Assembly (NCBI GenBank): GCA_963724395.1
Contig: CAVRUK010000005.1
Coordinates: 1,001,261 to 1,065,260, forward strand
Direction of reading: 5' to 3'
Source: an uncultured delta proteobacterium
GTDB lineage: Bacteria > Desulfobacterota > Binatia > Binatales > Binataceae
DNA length: 64,000 nt
Shown here: piece by piece, positions 55,750 to 64,000 of the stretch
Layout: each line of letters starts with the position of its first letter
Numbering within the stretch: the first letter of the stretch is position 1
Notes under the pieces: model-generated
Told to the model about the DNA's origin: nothing
Database searches by the model: none
The model's input: only the letters and a program-made list of their open reading frames with translations
Position numbers and translations under genes: made by a program

Positions 55750-56634
55750 ATGGCCACTCAGTCGCAAGGCGAACAGAGAAAACCCGGGACCGCCGATCCG
55801 CCGGCGGTCAGAATCGCGCTGATCGCGACGGCTCTGGCGTTCGTCGCGCTGTTCATTTTCATCCCGGTGATCGCGGTCTTCGTCGAGGCGCTGCAGAACG
55901 GTATCGGCGCTTACTTTGCCGCGATTGTCGATCCCGAGGCGCGCGCCGCGATTCGCTTGACGCTGATGACCGCCGCGATCGCGGTGCCGCTGAACGTTAC
56001 TTTCGGAATCGCCGCGTCGTGGGCGATCGCGCGCTTCGATCTTCCCGGCAAGCAATTGCTGCTGACGCTGATCGACATACCGTTCTCGGTCTCGCCGGTC
56101 ATCGCGGGGATGCTGTTCGTGCTGCTGCTCGGCGTACGCGCCCCGATCGGCGGATGGCTCGCGGATCACGGCATCAGGATCATTTTTGCGGAGCCGGGAA
56201 TCGTGCTGGCGACTATCTTCGTCACGTTTCCGCTCGCCGCCCGCGAGCTCATCCCGATCATGCAGGCGGTCGGCAGCGAGGAGGAGGAGGCCGCGATCGT
56301 GCTGGGCGCCGGCGGATGGCAAATGTTCTTCCGGGTGACGATTCCCAACGTCAAGTGGGGCTTGCTGTACGGGATGGTGCTGTGCAACGCGCGCGCGATG
56401 GGCGAGTTCGGCGCGGTGTCGGTGGTCTCGGGGCATATCCGCGGGCATACCAACACGATGCCGCTGTACGTCGAGATTCTGTACAATGACTACCAGTTCG
56501 CGGCCGCGTTTGCGGTCTCGTCGCTGCTCACCCTGCTCGCGATCGCGACGCTCATCGCCAAGTATTACCTGGAGCGGCGCGTGGTGCCGGTCAAGCAGGA
56601 GCAGGACGACATGGCAGTCAAAGTTGCGGCATGA
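55750..56634 (+). CDS. cysW: sulfate ABC permease
   Basis: DIPFSVSPV, ARAMGEFGAV. Confidence 0.95.
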   Translation: MATQSQGEQRKPGTADPPAVRIALIATALAFVALFIFIPVIAVFVEALQNGIGAYFAAIVDPEARAAIRLTLMTAAIAVPLNVTFGIAASWAIARFDLPGKQLLLTLIDIPFSVSPVIAGMLFVLLLGVRAPIGGWLADHGIRIIFAEPGIVLATIFVTFPLAARELIPIMQAVGSEEEEAAIVLGAGGWQMFFRVTIPNVKWGLLYGMVLCNARAMGEFGAVSVVSGHIRGHTNTMPLYVEILYNDYQFAAAFAVSSLLTLLAIATLIAKYYLERRVVPVKQEQDDMAVKVAA

Positions 56635-56637
56635 GTC

Positions 56638-57708
56638 ATGAGTATCGAACTCAGAAATATCAGCAAGAAGTTCGGCGACTTCGTTGCGGTCGACAATATC
56701 AATCTGCATATCGAAACCGGCGAGCTGGTCGCGCTGCTGGGGCTGTCGGGCTCGGGCAAGACCACGCTGCTCAGGATAATCGCGGGGCTGGAAACGCCCG
56801 ACACCGGCGAGGTGCTGTTTCACGGCGAGGACGCGAGCGACGTCAGCGTTCGCGAGCGCAAGGTTGGTTTCGTATTCCAGCATTACGCGCTGTTTCGCCA
56901 CATGACGGTGTTCGAGAACGTCGCGTTCGGACTGCGCGTGCTGCCGCGGCGGGCGCGACCGGCAGAGGCCGAAGTCGCGCAGCGCGTGCATGAGCTGCTG
57001 AAACTCGTGCAGCTCGACTTTCTTGCCGACCGTTACCCCTCGCAACTCTCCGGTGGGCAGCGCCAGCGCGTGGCGCTTGCACGTACGCTCGCCGTCGAGC
57101 CGAAAGTCCTGCTGCTCGACGAGCCGTTCGGCGCGCTCGACGCGAAGGTGCGGCAGGAACTGCGCCGATGGCTGCGGCGGCTGCATGACGAGATCAAGAT
57201 CACCAGCGTCTTCGTCACGCACGACCAGGAAGAGGCGCTGGAACTCGCCAACCGTATCGTGGTGATGAACCAGGGACGTATCGAGCAGATCGGCTCGGCC
57301 GAGGAAGTCTATCACCATCCCGCCAACGCGTTCGTGTACAACTTCCTGGGCAACGTGAACCTGTTCCACGGCCGAATCGAAAACGGCCGCGTGTTTCTCG
57401 GCGACACCGCCGTCGAGCTCGACAGTACGCACGCCCACGCACATCCCGAGACCGGCAAAGCGGTCCTCTACGTGCGGCCGCATCTGCTGGAAATCGTGCT
57501 GAGGCCCAACGGCAAGCAGACGTTCCCCGCAACTGTGAAGTCGATCAACCCGGCGGGGCCGCAGGTCAAAGTCGAGCTGGTCGCCGAATGGGGCGACATG
57601 GTGCAAGTCGAGATCAGCCACGATCGCTACCAGACTCTGCACTTGGAGACGGGCGCGCACGTGTTCCTGAGACCCAAAGAGCAGAAGCTGTTCGTGTACC
57701 AGATCTAG
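56638..57708 (+). CDS. cysA: sulfate ABC ATPase
   Basis: [25 protein letters not shown]-like tail. Confidence 0.96.
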   Translation: MSIELRNISKKFGDFVAVDNINLHIETGELVALLGLSGSGKTTLLRIIAGLETPDTGEVLFHGEDASDVSVRERKVGFVFQHYALFRHMTVFENVAFGLRVLPRRARPAEAEVAQRVHELLKLVQLDFLADRYPSQLSGGQRQRVALARTLAVEPKVLLLDEPFGALDAKVRQELRRWLRRLHDEIKITSVFVTHDQEEALELANRIVVMNQGRIEQIGSAEEVYHHPANAFVYNFLGNVNLFHGRIENGRVFLGDTAVELDSTHAHAHPETGKAVLYVRPHLLEIVLRPNGKQTFPATVKSINPAGPQVKVELVAEWGDMVQVEISHDRYQTLHLETGAHVFLRPKEQKLFVYQI

Positions 57709-57710
57709 AG

Positions 57711-57907
57711 TTCATACCATATGTGGTGGTCCTGGGAGGCGTCGACTACCATCGGTAGCTTCGTTCCGTCAAAAAACTAATTTTCGCCGGAAGCGGTTTC
57801 GTTGTCGCACAATTTCGGGCGAGCTTGGCGAGGTAGGGGTTTGGTTGACCATACCTTATGGATAGCACAGAAAGTCCGCCGTGGTCAGGCTGAAAAGTTC
57901 ATCCCCC
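57711..57907 (-). repeat. dispersed bipartite non-coding element, copy 4
   Basis: reverse complement reads GGGGGATGAACTTTTCAGCCTGAC-N15-GTGCTA...TTTGACGGAACGAAGCTACCGATGGT...CCACATATGGTATGAA. Confidence 0.88.
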
Positions 57908-57939
57908 ATGTTCGACCGCAGATTCACGAGCTCCCGCAC

Positions 57940-58476
57940 ATGATCAACGATCACAACCTTCGCGCGGCGCACAACAATGCCCGATGGTGCAACGCGGTCT
58001 GCGCCGCGCACGGGAATCCCGGCGAGTTCCATGAGGGCCTGTGGCTAAGTCGCCATTCGGTGCCACGCTTCTATCCAAATGCCGGGACGCTTGCGGAGGC
58101 CAGTCAGCGGCAGCTCGATCTGATCGATGAGCTGATTGCATCGCGCCTGCCGCCCGGATGGGCGGTCAAGGATAGTTTCTGCATGCTTGACCTTGAGTCG
58201 CGTGGGTTCCAGGTGTTGTTCACCGCGGAGTGGATCCATTTGCCGGTTTCCTCGCTTAGGGACATCGCCACTGCAGTAAAGGTGGACCGATGGGAGGTTG
58301 TCAGGAGCGATCGTGCACTTGCAGAATGGGAGTCCGCGTGGAACGGGACAGGAGGCGATGGGAGCGGGGAGAGAATTTTCGTGCTTTCGCTACTTGCCGA
58401 TCTTCGCAACGCGCACGCCTTGGGCTTCGAGTCGCTCGGCCCGCTGCGAGTTTGGACGTTCCAGCCACCTAAGTAG
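57940..58476 (+). CDS. hypothetical protein (GNAT-like, possibly internally deleted)
   Basis: NNARWC, VKDSF..LDL, GF..LGPLRVW. Confidence 0.6.
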   Translation: MINDHNLRAAHNNARWCNAVCAAHGNPGEFHEGLWLSRHSVPRFYPNAGTLAEASQRQLDLIDELIASRLPPGWAVKDSFCMLDLESRGFQVLFTAEWIHLPVSSLRDIATAVKVDRWEVVRSDRALAEWESAWNGTGGDGSGERIFVLSLLADLRNAHALGFESLGPLRVWTFQPPK

Positions 58477-58491
58477 ACGAAAGGCGCGCAG

Positions 58492-59100
58492 TCACTTGAC
58501 CCTTTCGAACTTGGCGTAGCCTGTTAGGTCTTGATCCGACGTTGTGTGCATTGGCATTGAGACTTCGCGTAGTACTGGGACTTTTTCTGTGATTGTGCCT
58601 GTGGCTGGGGCGTCCTTGGGTACCGTTATTACTCTTGTGCCTACGAAGCGGATTACTGTGGGTAGCATGCCGCCGGTGTCTTTGTAGTGAGTGTGGGTTG
58701 CTTCGAAGACTGTGTCGCTCTTGAAGAGTTTCGAGCCGGCGCGAATCAGGTATTCGTTGTTGCCCAGCGGGCGGACCAGGGTTGATTGGCTTATCACATA
58801 TAGATGTCCGACGGTTGGGCGTAGGAATCCCGGGTAGAGCGGATTTATGCCTAGCCAGTACGGCACGATGATGCGGCGGCCGGGCGGCCAGTCGGTCAGG
58901 CTGATATGCGCCTCGTGATCGTTGTTGGCGAGGATGAAGTCGCGGCCGGCGAAATCGCGCATGATGTCGCGGCTCAACTGATCCTCGGGCGGTGTGGTGA
59001 TTTCGCCGGTCGGGCCGAAGTCGAGCGCCTTGTCGGGAGTGCATCCGGCGACGACCGACATGAGCGTTAGCGCGATTGCGATGACGACGACGCGATTCAC
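58492..59100 (-). CDS. hypothetical lipoprotein
   Basis: GTG start, lipobox VAGC; paralog of the upstream gene. Confidence 0.75.
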   Translation of the reverse strand: MNRVVVIAIALTLMSVVAGCTPDKALDFGPTGEITTPPEDQLSRDIMRDFAGRDFILANNDHEAHISLTDWPPGRRIIVPYWLGINPLYPGFLRPTVGHLYVISQSTLVRPLGNNEYLIRAGSKLFKSDTVFEATHTHYKDTGGMLPTVIRFVGTRVITVPKDAPATGTITEKVPVLREVSMPMHTTSDQDLTGYAKFERVK

Positions 59101-59714
59101 GTTCGATATCTCGCGTAGCTGGCCGGGATTCTGCCGCCGAGCGTCCATTTCATTGGCAGCGAGACCTCGCGCAGCACCGGGATTTGCACGGGCTTGCCGT
59201 CGGGGCGCTTGAATTCGCGCTTGCCCATGTACTGAACGACGGTCGGCAGGATTTTTCCGGGGCCTAAGTATTGCGTGCGCGTGGTGACGAACACCGTCTC
59301 CTGCTTTACCAGCGAGCTGCCCGCTTCGATCATCCATTCGCCGGGCGTGTCGAGCGGCTTTTCGAGAGTCGCCTCGCTGATGACGTAGAACTCGCCCTCT
59401 TTCGGCGCCATCACGCCGGGCACGAGGATATTGACGCCGAACCAGAACGGCAGCTTGAGGAACTTGTCCTTGCGCCAATCGAGCGGGCGCACTTCGGCGA
59501 TTTGATTGTTGTCGCCGAGCACGAACGTGCGGTCGCGAAAATTGAGCTCGACATCTTCGGCGCTCGCATAGATGCTCGGCAGCGGAACGACCGGCGGCGA
59601 TTTGGCGCATCCGGCCAGAGTCGCGGCGACGACCGCGGCAGAAAATGCGAATGCGAGAGCAGCCGCGGTGCGCGCGAAATGTTCAGGCGGCCGCTTCGTT
59701 GTAGTGCGAGGCAA
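59097..59714 (-). CDS. hypothetical lipoprotein (start uncertain)
   Basis: lipobox LAGC; shares YVIS..TL..PL, AGS.L.K, LPTV, PVLREVS.PM with its neighbour. Confidence 0.7.
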   Translation of the reverse strand: MPRTTTKRPPEHFARTAAALAFAFSAAVVAATLAGCAKSPPVVPLPSIYASAEDVELNFRDRTFVLGDNNQIAEVRPLDWRKDKFLKLPFWFGVNILVPGVMAPKEGEFYVISEATLEKPLDTPGEWMIEAGSSLVKQETVFVTTRTQYLGPGKILPTVVQYMGKREFKRPDGKPVQIPVLREVSLPMKWTLGGRIPASYARYRT

Positions 59715-60636
59715 TTTCGCGGCCGACCAGTTCGATTTGCTTCGGCCATGCATCCGGTTCCGCGATTGGCCACAGTACAAACTTGTCGAGACCCTTCGCA
59801 ACGTATTGGCCCAGGCGCGCGATGATGTCGGCGGCGGAGCCGTAAACGGTTCGTTCGAGATAGGCTTCCGCGCCGCGGCCCATCGCGGACAGCATCGGGC
59901 GCATTTCCTCGAGCGCGCGCTCGCGCGACGACGAGATGCGGCACAGCAGGATGAGGCCCGACTCGATGTGCGCGTTGGCGCGACCGTAGCCGGCGGCATA
60001 GTCGCGAATCTTCGCCATGCTCGCGCCGAATTCGTCGGGGGTCTGGAACGAGGCGAAGAAGCCGTCGGCCAGGCGCGCCGCGCGTTTGAGGGCAGCGTCG
60101 GAGCGGCCGCCGACCCAGATATCCATCGTGCCGAAATCGTTGTTGGTGCGCGCGGCGGGTCGTGGCTCGATGCTCACGTTGTCGAAGTTGAAGAAGCGTC
60201 CGTGATAGCTCGCGACGCGCTCGCGCCAGACGGTGCGCAGCACCTCGATGCCCTCGCCGAGGCGCTTGCCACGTCCTTCGAGCGGGATTCCGCATGCGGC
60301 GTAGTCGGCGAGATTCGCGCCGGTGCCGACCGCCATCACCATGCGGCCGTTCGACAGGTAGTCAAGCGAGGCGAACGATTTCGCGACCATCAGGGGATGG
60401 CGCAGGTTGAGCAGCAGCACGCTCGGCCCGAGTTTCATGCGCGAGGTGCGCGAGGCGAGGAGCGAGAGCGTCGCGACGACGTCGAGTTCCGGCGAGGGCG
60501 CGAGCAGATGATCGGACAGCCAGAAGGAATCGAGGCCCCAATCCTCGGCGCGTTCCGCGACGCGCGCGATGGTTTCCGCCGTGGGCATCCCGAGCCGCCA
60601 AAGTCCGAAGCCAACTCCGATCTTCACCTGTTTCAT
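59683..60636 (-). CDS. LLM class flavin-dependent oxidoreductase
   Basis: WLSDH, LDYLSNGR, IWVGG, RAARLADG. Confidence 0.9.
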   Translation of the reverse strand: MKQVKIGVGFGLWRLGMPTAETIARVAERAEDWGLDSFWLSDHLLAPSPELDVVATLSLLASRTSRMKLGPSVLLLNLRHPLMVAKSFASLDYLSNGRMVMAVGTGANLADYAACGIPLEGRGKRLGEGIEVLRTVWRERVASYHGRFFNFDNVSIEPRPAARTNNDFGTMDIWVGGRSDAALKRAARLADGFFASFQTPDEFGASMAKIRDYAAGYGRANAHIESGLILLCRISSSRERALEEMRPMLSAMGRGAEAYLERTVYGSAADIIARLGQYVAKGLDKFVLWPIAEPDAWPKQIELVGREIASHYNEAAA

Positions 60637-60736
60637 TTTTTAGACTCCCGTGTGACTGGGATACTCCCGTGACTTTAGAGACTGCGGGCGCCTCGTTTGC
60701 GCGCATCAAGCGATGATATTAGCATAGGCCGCCGCA

Positions 60737-61510
60737 ATGAATCCGAATCCCGCGGCTTCGAACGGTGCGCCGGTAGCAGTGACCCTGTTGGGCACCGGCG
60801 ACGCGTTCGCGAGCTTCGGGCGTTTGCAGGCCGGTTATCTGATCGACGCACCCGGGGGCAGGATCCTGATGGAAGCGGGACCCTGTCTGCTGCAGGCGCT
60901 GAAGAGCAGCGGCGTCGCGACCGATAGTTTCGATTTGTTGCTTATTAGTCATCTGCACGGCGATCATTTCGCGGGCCTGCCGTTTCTGATCCTCGACTAC
61001 ATGTACGAAACGCGCCGCACCAAGCGGTTGACTATCGCGGGCCCGGCCAAGCTCGAGGAGCGGACGTGGCGGCTGATGCACACGATGTTCCCGCATTTCG
61101 AGGTGGAGAGAGTCAAGGACAAGCTGAAGTTCGTAGTGCTGGAGCCGGGGCACTCGCGGCAACTGGGCAAGTTCAAGGTGAAGGCGATTCGCAGTCCGCA
61201 CACCATGCCCGACATCTCGTTGTCGCTGAGAATCGAGAGCGGCGGAAAGTCGATAGTTTTCTCGGGCGACAGCGGATGGAATGATAAGCTGGTGAAGTTA
61301 AGCGCCGGCGCGGACCTGTTCCTGTGCGAATGTACTTACTTCGAGAGCGCTCATTTGAAGTTTCATCTCAACTACCCGCTGCTGGCGGCCGAACGCGACA
61401 AGTTCAAGGTGGGCCGCATGATACTGGTCCATCTCGGGCACGAAGTGCTGAGCCGCGAGGATGAAGTCGCGCTGGAATTGGGCTATGACGGGATGAAGAT
61501 CCAGGTCTGA
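60737..61510 (+). CDS. MBL-fold metallo-hydrolase (RNase Z-like)
   Basis: LLGTG, SHLHGDH, FSGDS. Confidence 0.88.
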   Translation: MNPNPAASNGAPVAVTLLGTGDAFASFGRLQAGYLIDAPGGRILMEAGPCLLQALKSSGVATDSFDLLLISHLHGDHFAGLPFLILDYMYETRRTKRLTIAGPAKLEERTWRLMHTMFPHFEVERVKDKLKFVVLEPGHSRQLGKFKVKAIRSPHTMPDISLSLRIESGGKSIVFSGDSGWNDKLVKLSAGADLFLCECTYFESAHLKFHLNYPLLAAERDKFKVGRMILVHLGHEVLSREDEVALELGYDGMKIQV

Positions 61511-61547
61511 GGCCGCGCGCGCACCGTCGCAAACAAGGATACTCGCC

Positions 61548-62321
61548 ATGGGCATAGTACAGGGCAAGCGGGCGTTGATCGTCGGCGTCGCGAACGACAA
61601 GAGCCTGGCGTGGTCGATCGCGCAGACGCTGGCGGCGGAAGGCGCCGAGATCGCGCTTACCTACCAGGGCGAGATCCTGGAGAAGCGCGTGCGTCCGCTG
61701 GCCGCGCAAATCGAGGCGGACGTAATCGGCGAACTCGACGTGAACGACGACGCGCAAATCGCGTCGGTGTTCGCGGCGCTCAAGAAAAAATGGAACGGGC
61801 TCGACTTGCTGGTGCATGCGGTCGCATTTGCGGAGCGCGAAGATCTGCGCGATCGATTTCTGACGGTCACTCGCGCCAATTTTGCCAAGTCGATGGAAAT
61901 CAGCGCCTACTCGCTGGTCGCGCTGGCGCGCGCGGCGGAACCGTTGATGGAAGCGCGCGGCGGCGGATCGATCCTGACGCTCAGTTACCTCGGCGCGGTC
62001 CGTGCGATCCCCAACTACAATATGATGGGTGTCGCCAAGGCGGCTCTGGAAGCCTGCGTGCGTTATCTGTCGGTCGATTTGGGAGCAAAGAATATTCGGG
62101 TCAACGCGCTCAGCGCCGGGCCGGCGCGCACGCTCTCGTCGTCGGCGATTCGCGACTTCCATTCGATGCAGCATGAGGTCGAGGCGCGCTCGCCGCTGCG
62201 GCGCGGGATGAAAATAGAGGAAGTCGGCAAGATGGCGGCGGCCGTGCTGAGCGATTTTTCGAGCGGCGTCACCGGCCAGACGCTTTACGTGGACGTGGGC
62301 TACAATATCGTCGGCGTCTAG
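61548..62321 (+). CDS. fabI: enoyl-ACP reductase
   Basis: GVANDKSLAW, YNMMGVAKAALE. Confidence 0.95.
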   Translation: MGIVQGKRALIVGVANDKSLAWSIAQTLAAEGAEIALTYQGEILEKRVRPLAAQIEADVIGELDVNDDAQIASVFAALKKKWNGLDLLVHAVAFAEREDLRDRFLTVTRANFAKSMEISAYSLVALARAAEPLMEARGGGSILTLSYLGAVRAIPNYNMMGVAKAALEACVRYLSVDLGAKNIRVNALSAGPARTLSSSAIRDFHSMQHEVEARSPLRRGMKIEEVGKMAAAVLSDFSSGVTGQTLYVDVGYNIVGV

Positions 62322-62338
62322 CTGCAAGGAGTATCGCG

Positions 62339-63115
62339 ATGGCTATAGTCACCGTTCCGCAGCTCGCGGACAATTACGCGTACCTGGTGATCGACGAGGG
62401 CAGCAAGGAATGCGCGGTGGTCGATTGCGCCGAGGCCGACAAGGTGATCGCGGCGGCGAAGGCGCACGGCGCGAAAATCGTCGCGGTGCTGACCACGCAC
62501 TGGCACGGCGATCATTCGGGCGGCAACAGCGACATCGCGTCGAAGGTACCGGGAATAAAAGTGTACGGCGCGAGCGCGGAAGGCGGGAAAATTCCGGCGC
62601 TGAACAATCCGGTCGCGGACGGCGACCAGGTCCGAATCGGCGCGCTGGAGGGCCGCGTGATCGGAATCCCGGCGCATACCAACGGGCACGTCGCGTATTA
62701 TTTTCCGAAGCTCGGCGCGGTGTTTACCGGCGACACGATGTTCGTCGGCGGATGCGGCCGCGTGTTCGAGGGGAAGGCGGCGACGATGGTCGCGTCGCTG
62801 AAGAAGCTCGCGGCGCTGCCCGACTCGACGCAGGTTTACTGCGGCCACGAGTACACCGAAAAGAATCTCCGCTTCGCGCTGACGCTCGAGCCGGGGAACC
62901 GGGCGCTGAAAAAGAAGCACGAGTGGAGCCTGAAGACCCGCGCGGAGAACAAGTTCACGGTGCCGTCGACGATCGGCGACGAGAAGCAGACCAATCCGTT
63001 TCTGCGCACTGACAGCGCCGAGCTGCGCGCGAATCTGAAACAGCGCGATCCGTCGATCGGCGACGATCCGATCGCAATCTTCGCGAAAACCCGCGAACTC
63101 AAGGACCGGTTCTAG
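62339..63115 (+). CDS. gloB: hydroxyacylglutathione hydrolase
   Basis: DNYAY, THWHGDH, GCGRVFEG, CGHEYT, NPFLR. Confidence 0.95.
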   Translation: MAIVTVPQLADNYAYLVIDEGSKECAVVDCAEADKVIAAAKAHGAKIVAVLTTHWHGDHSGGNSDIASKVPGIKVYGASAEGGKIPALNNPVADGDQVRIGALEGRVIGIPAHTNGHVAYYFPKLGAVFTGDTMFVGGCGRVFEGKAATMVASLKKLAALPDSTQVYCGHEYTEKNLRFALTLEPGNRALKKKHEWSLKTRAENKFTVPSTIGDEKQTNPFLRTDSAELRANLKQRDPSIGDDPIAIFAKTRELKDRF

Positions 63116-63148
63116 CGAGCGTCCTTCCTCATAGAGGAGATCGGGCTC

Positions 63149-63577
63149 CTAGAACGGTTTCAACACCGTCAGCACCAGGATTGCGATCAACAGCGCGCTC
63201 ACCATTCCGTGGATGACGCGGAACTCGTGGCGCGATGACTCGCTTGGATTGTCCTCGAGGAACTTGATCCGGCGATAAAACCGCACGTGATAAAAGAGCA
63301 GGATCGCGACCAGCAGCAGCTTCGCTTCGATCCAGCCCTGCCGCAGCACCGCCGGATCGAACATGATCAGCACGATTCCGAGGATGATGCTTATCGCCGC
63401 GCCAAGGTTGATGGTGGACTCAAACAAACCGCGCGCTGCGCCGAGAAAGCGTTCCTTGGGCAGCCCGACTTCGTCGGGCACGCGCGCGAGCAGGCTGGTG
63501 ATCATCAGCAATCCGCCCATCCAGAAGATCACGCCGAAAATGTGAAGCGAGAGTATGAAGCCGCGAAAAAAGTACAT
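63149..63577 (-). CDS. hemJ: HemJ/CopD-like membrane protein
   Basis: LHIFGVIFWMGGL, W..AKLLLV..YH, VLKPF terminus. Confidence 0.7.
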   Translation of the reverse strand: MYFFRGFILSLHIFGVIFWMGGLLMITSLLARVPDEVGLPKERFLGAARGLFESTINLGAAISIILGIVLIMFDPAVLRQGWIEAKLLLVAILLFYHVRFYRRIKFLEDNPSESSRHEFRVIHGMVSALLIAILVLTVLKPF

Positions 63578-63748
63578 CGTAATCCCCCGGTTGCGTCAGA
63601 TTGCGCGCATCTCGATTGCGCCGGCGCTGGCGGGCGCTTGCCTGACTGGTTCGATACTTGGCATTGATTGGAGTACGCCGGTTGAAGAGAATCCTACGCT
63701 ACCGGCGCAGTCAAGCGAATCGATCGGAATCAACACGAGGGCGTGAAG

Positions 63749-64000
63749 ATGGCGGCTTCCTACGAAGGAGAACTCAAACGCAAAAGAATCGGCGCGGATG
63801 AAGCGGCGGCGAAAGTTAAATCCGGCGACTGGGTCGAGTATGGATTCGGGCTCGGCCAGCCGGACTTGTTCGATCGCGCGCTGGCCGCCAGAGCGCACGC
63901 GCTCGAGCGCGTAAAGATCCGCGGATGCCTCGCGATGCGCCCGCGCGCGGCGGTCGAGGCGGATCCCGACGAACGTCATCTCACGTATTTGTCGTGGTAC
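63749..64000 (+). CDS. acetyl-CoA hydrolase/CoA-transferase family protein (3' truncated)
   Basis: ADEAAAKVKSGDWVEYG..QPDLFDRALAAR. Confidence 0.8.
   Translation, partial: MAASYEGELKRKRIGADEAAAKVKSGDWVEYGFGLGQPDLFDRALAARAHALERVKIRGCLAMRPRAAVEADPDERHLTYLSWY

Noticed and set aside
53821-57660. 1279-aa minus-strand ORF and similar long antisense ORFs (e.g. 1769-3667, 5162-6712)
   Set aside because: Shadow frames of well-supported genes in GC-rich DNA.

Overview
GC-rich bacterial chromosomal window, mostly housekeeping and metabolic genes. Gene content loosely suggests a deltaproteobacteria-like soil lineage such as Binatota, which is an inference only. It contains phoH-ybeY-(AbiGi-like)-lnt-prfB (programmed +1 frameshift), cobS/coaE, a GH-GT2 fusion with an ABC exporter, hsp20-lemA-htpX, smpB/ssrA, a small tmRNA-anchored island carrying an IS110 with readable bridge-RNA guides, an exported protein with 11 Trp-rich repeats, a proteasome-like Ntn hydrolase, pobA, L-fucose/fuconate catabolism, P450/ferredoxin, an Rrf2-YezD-porin-sbp-cysTWA sulfate operon with a duplicated leader, and fabI/gloB/hemJ. 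The most unusual signal is a ~200-bp non-coding element present four times (4872+, 34167+, 47249+, 57907-). Each copy has a fixed-spacing promoter-like head, a 63-89 nt copy-specific middle, an invariant TTTGACGGAACGAAGCTAC core and a tandem pair of NrdR-box-like sites 31-32 bp apart. Several single-base frameshifts suggest consensus errors.
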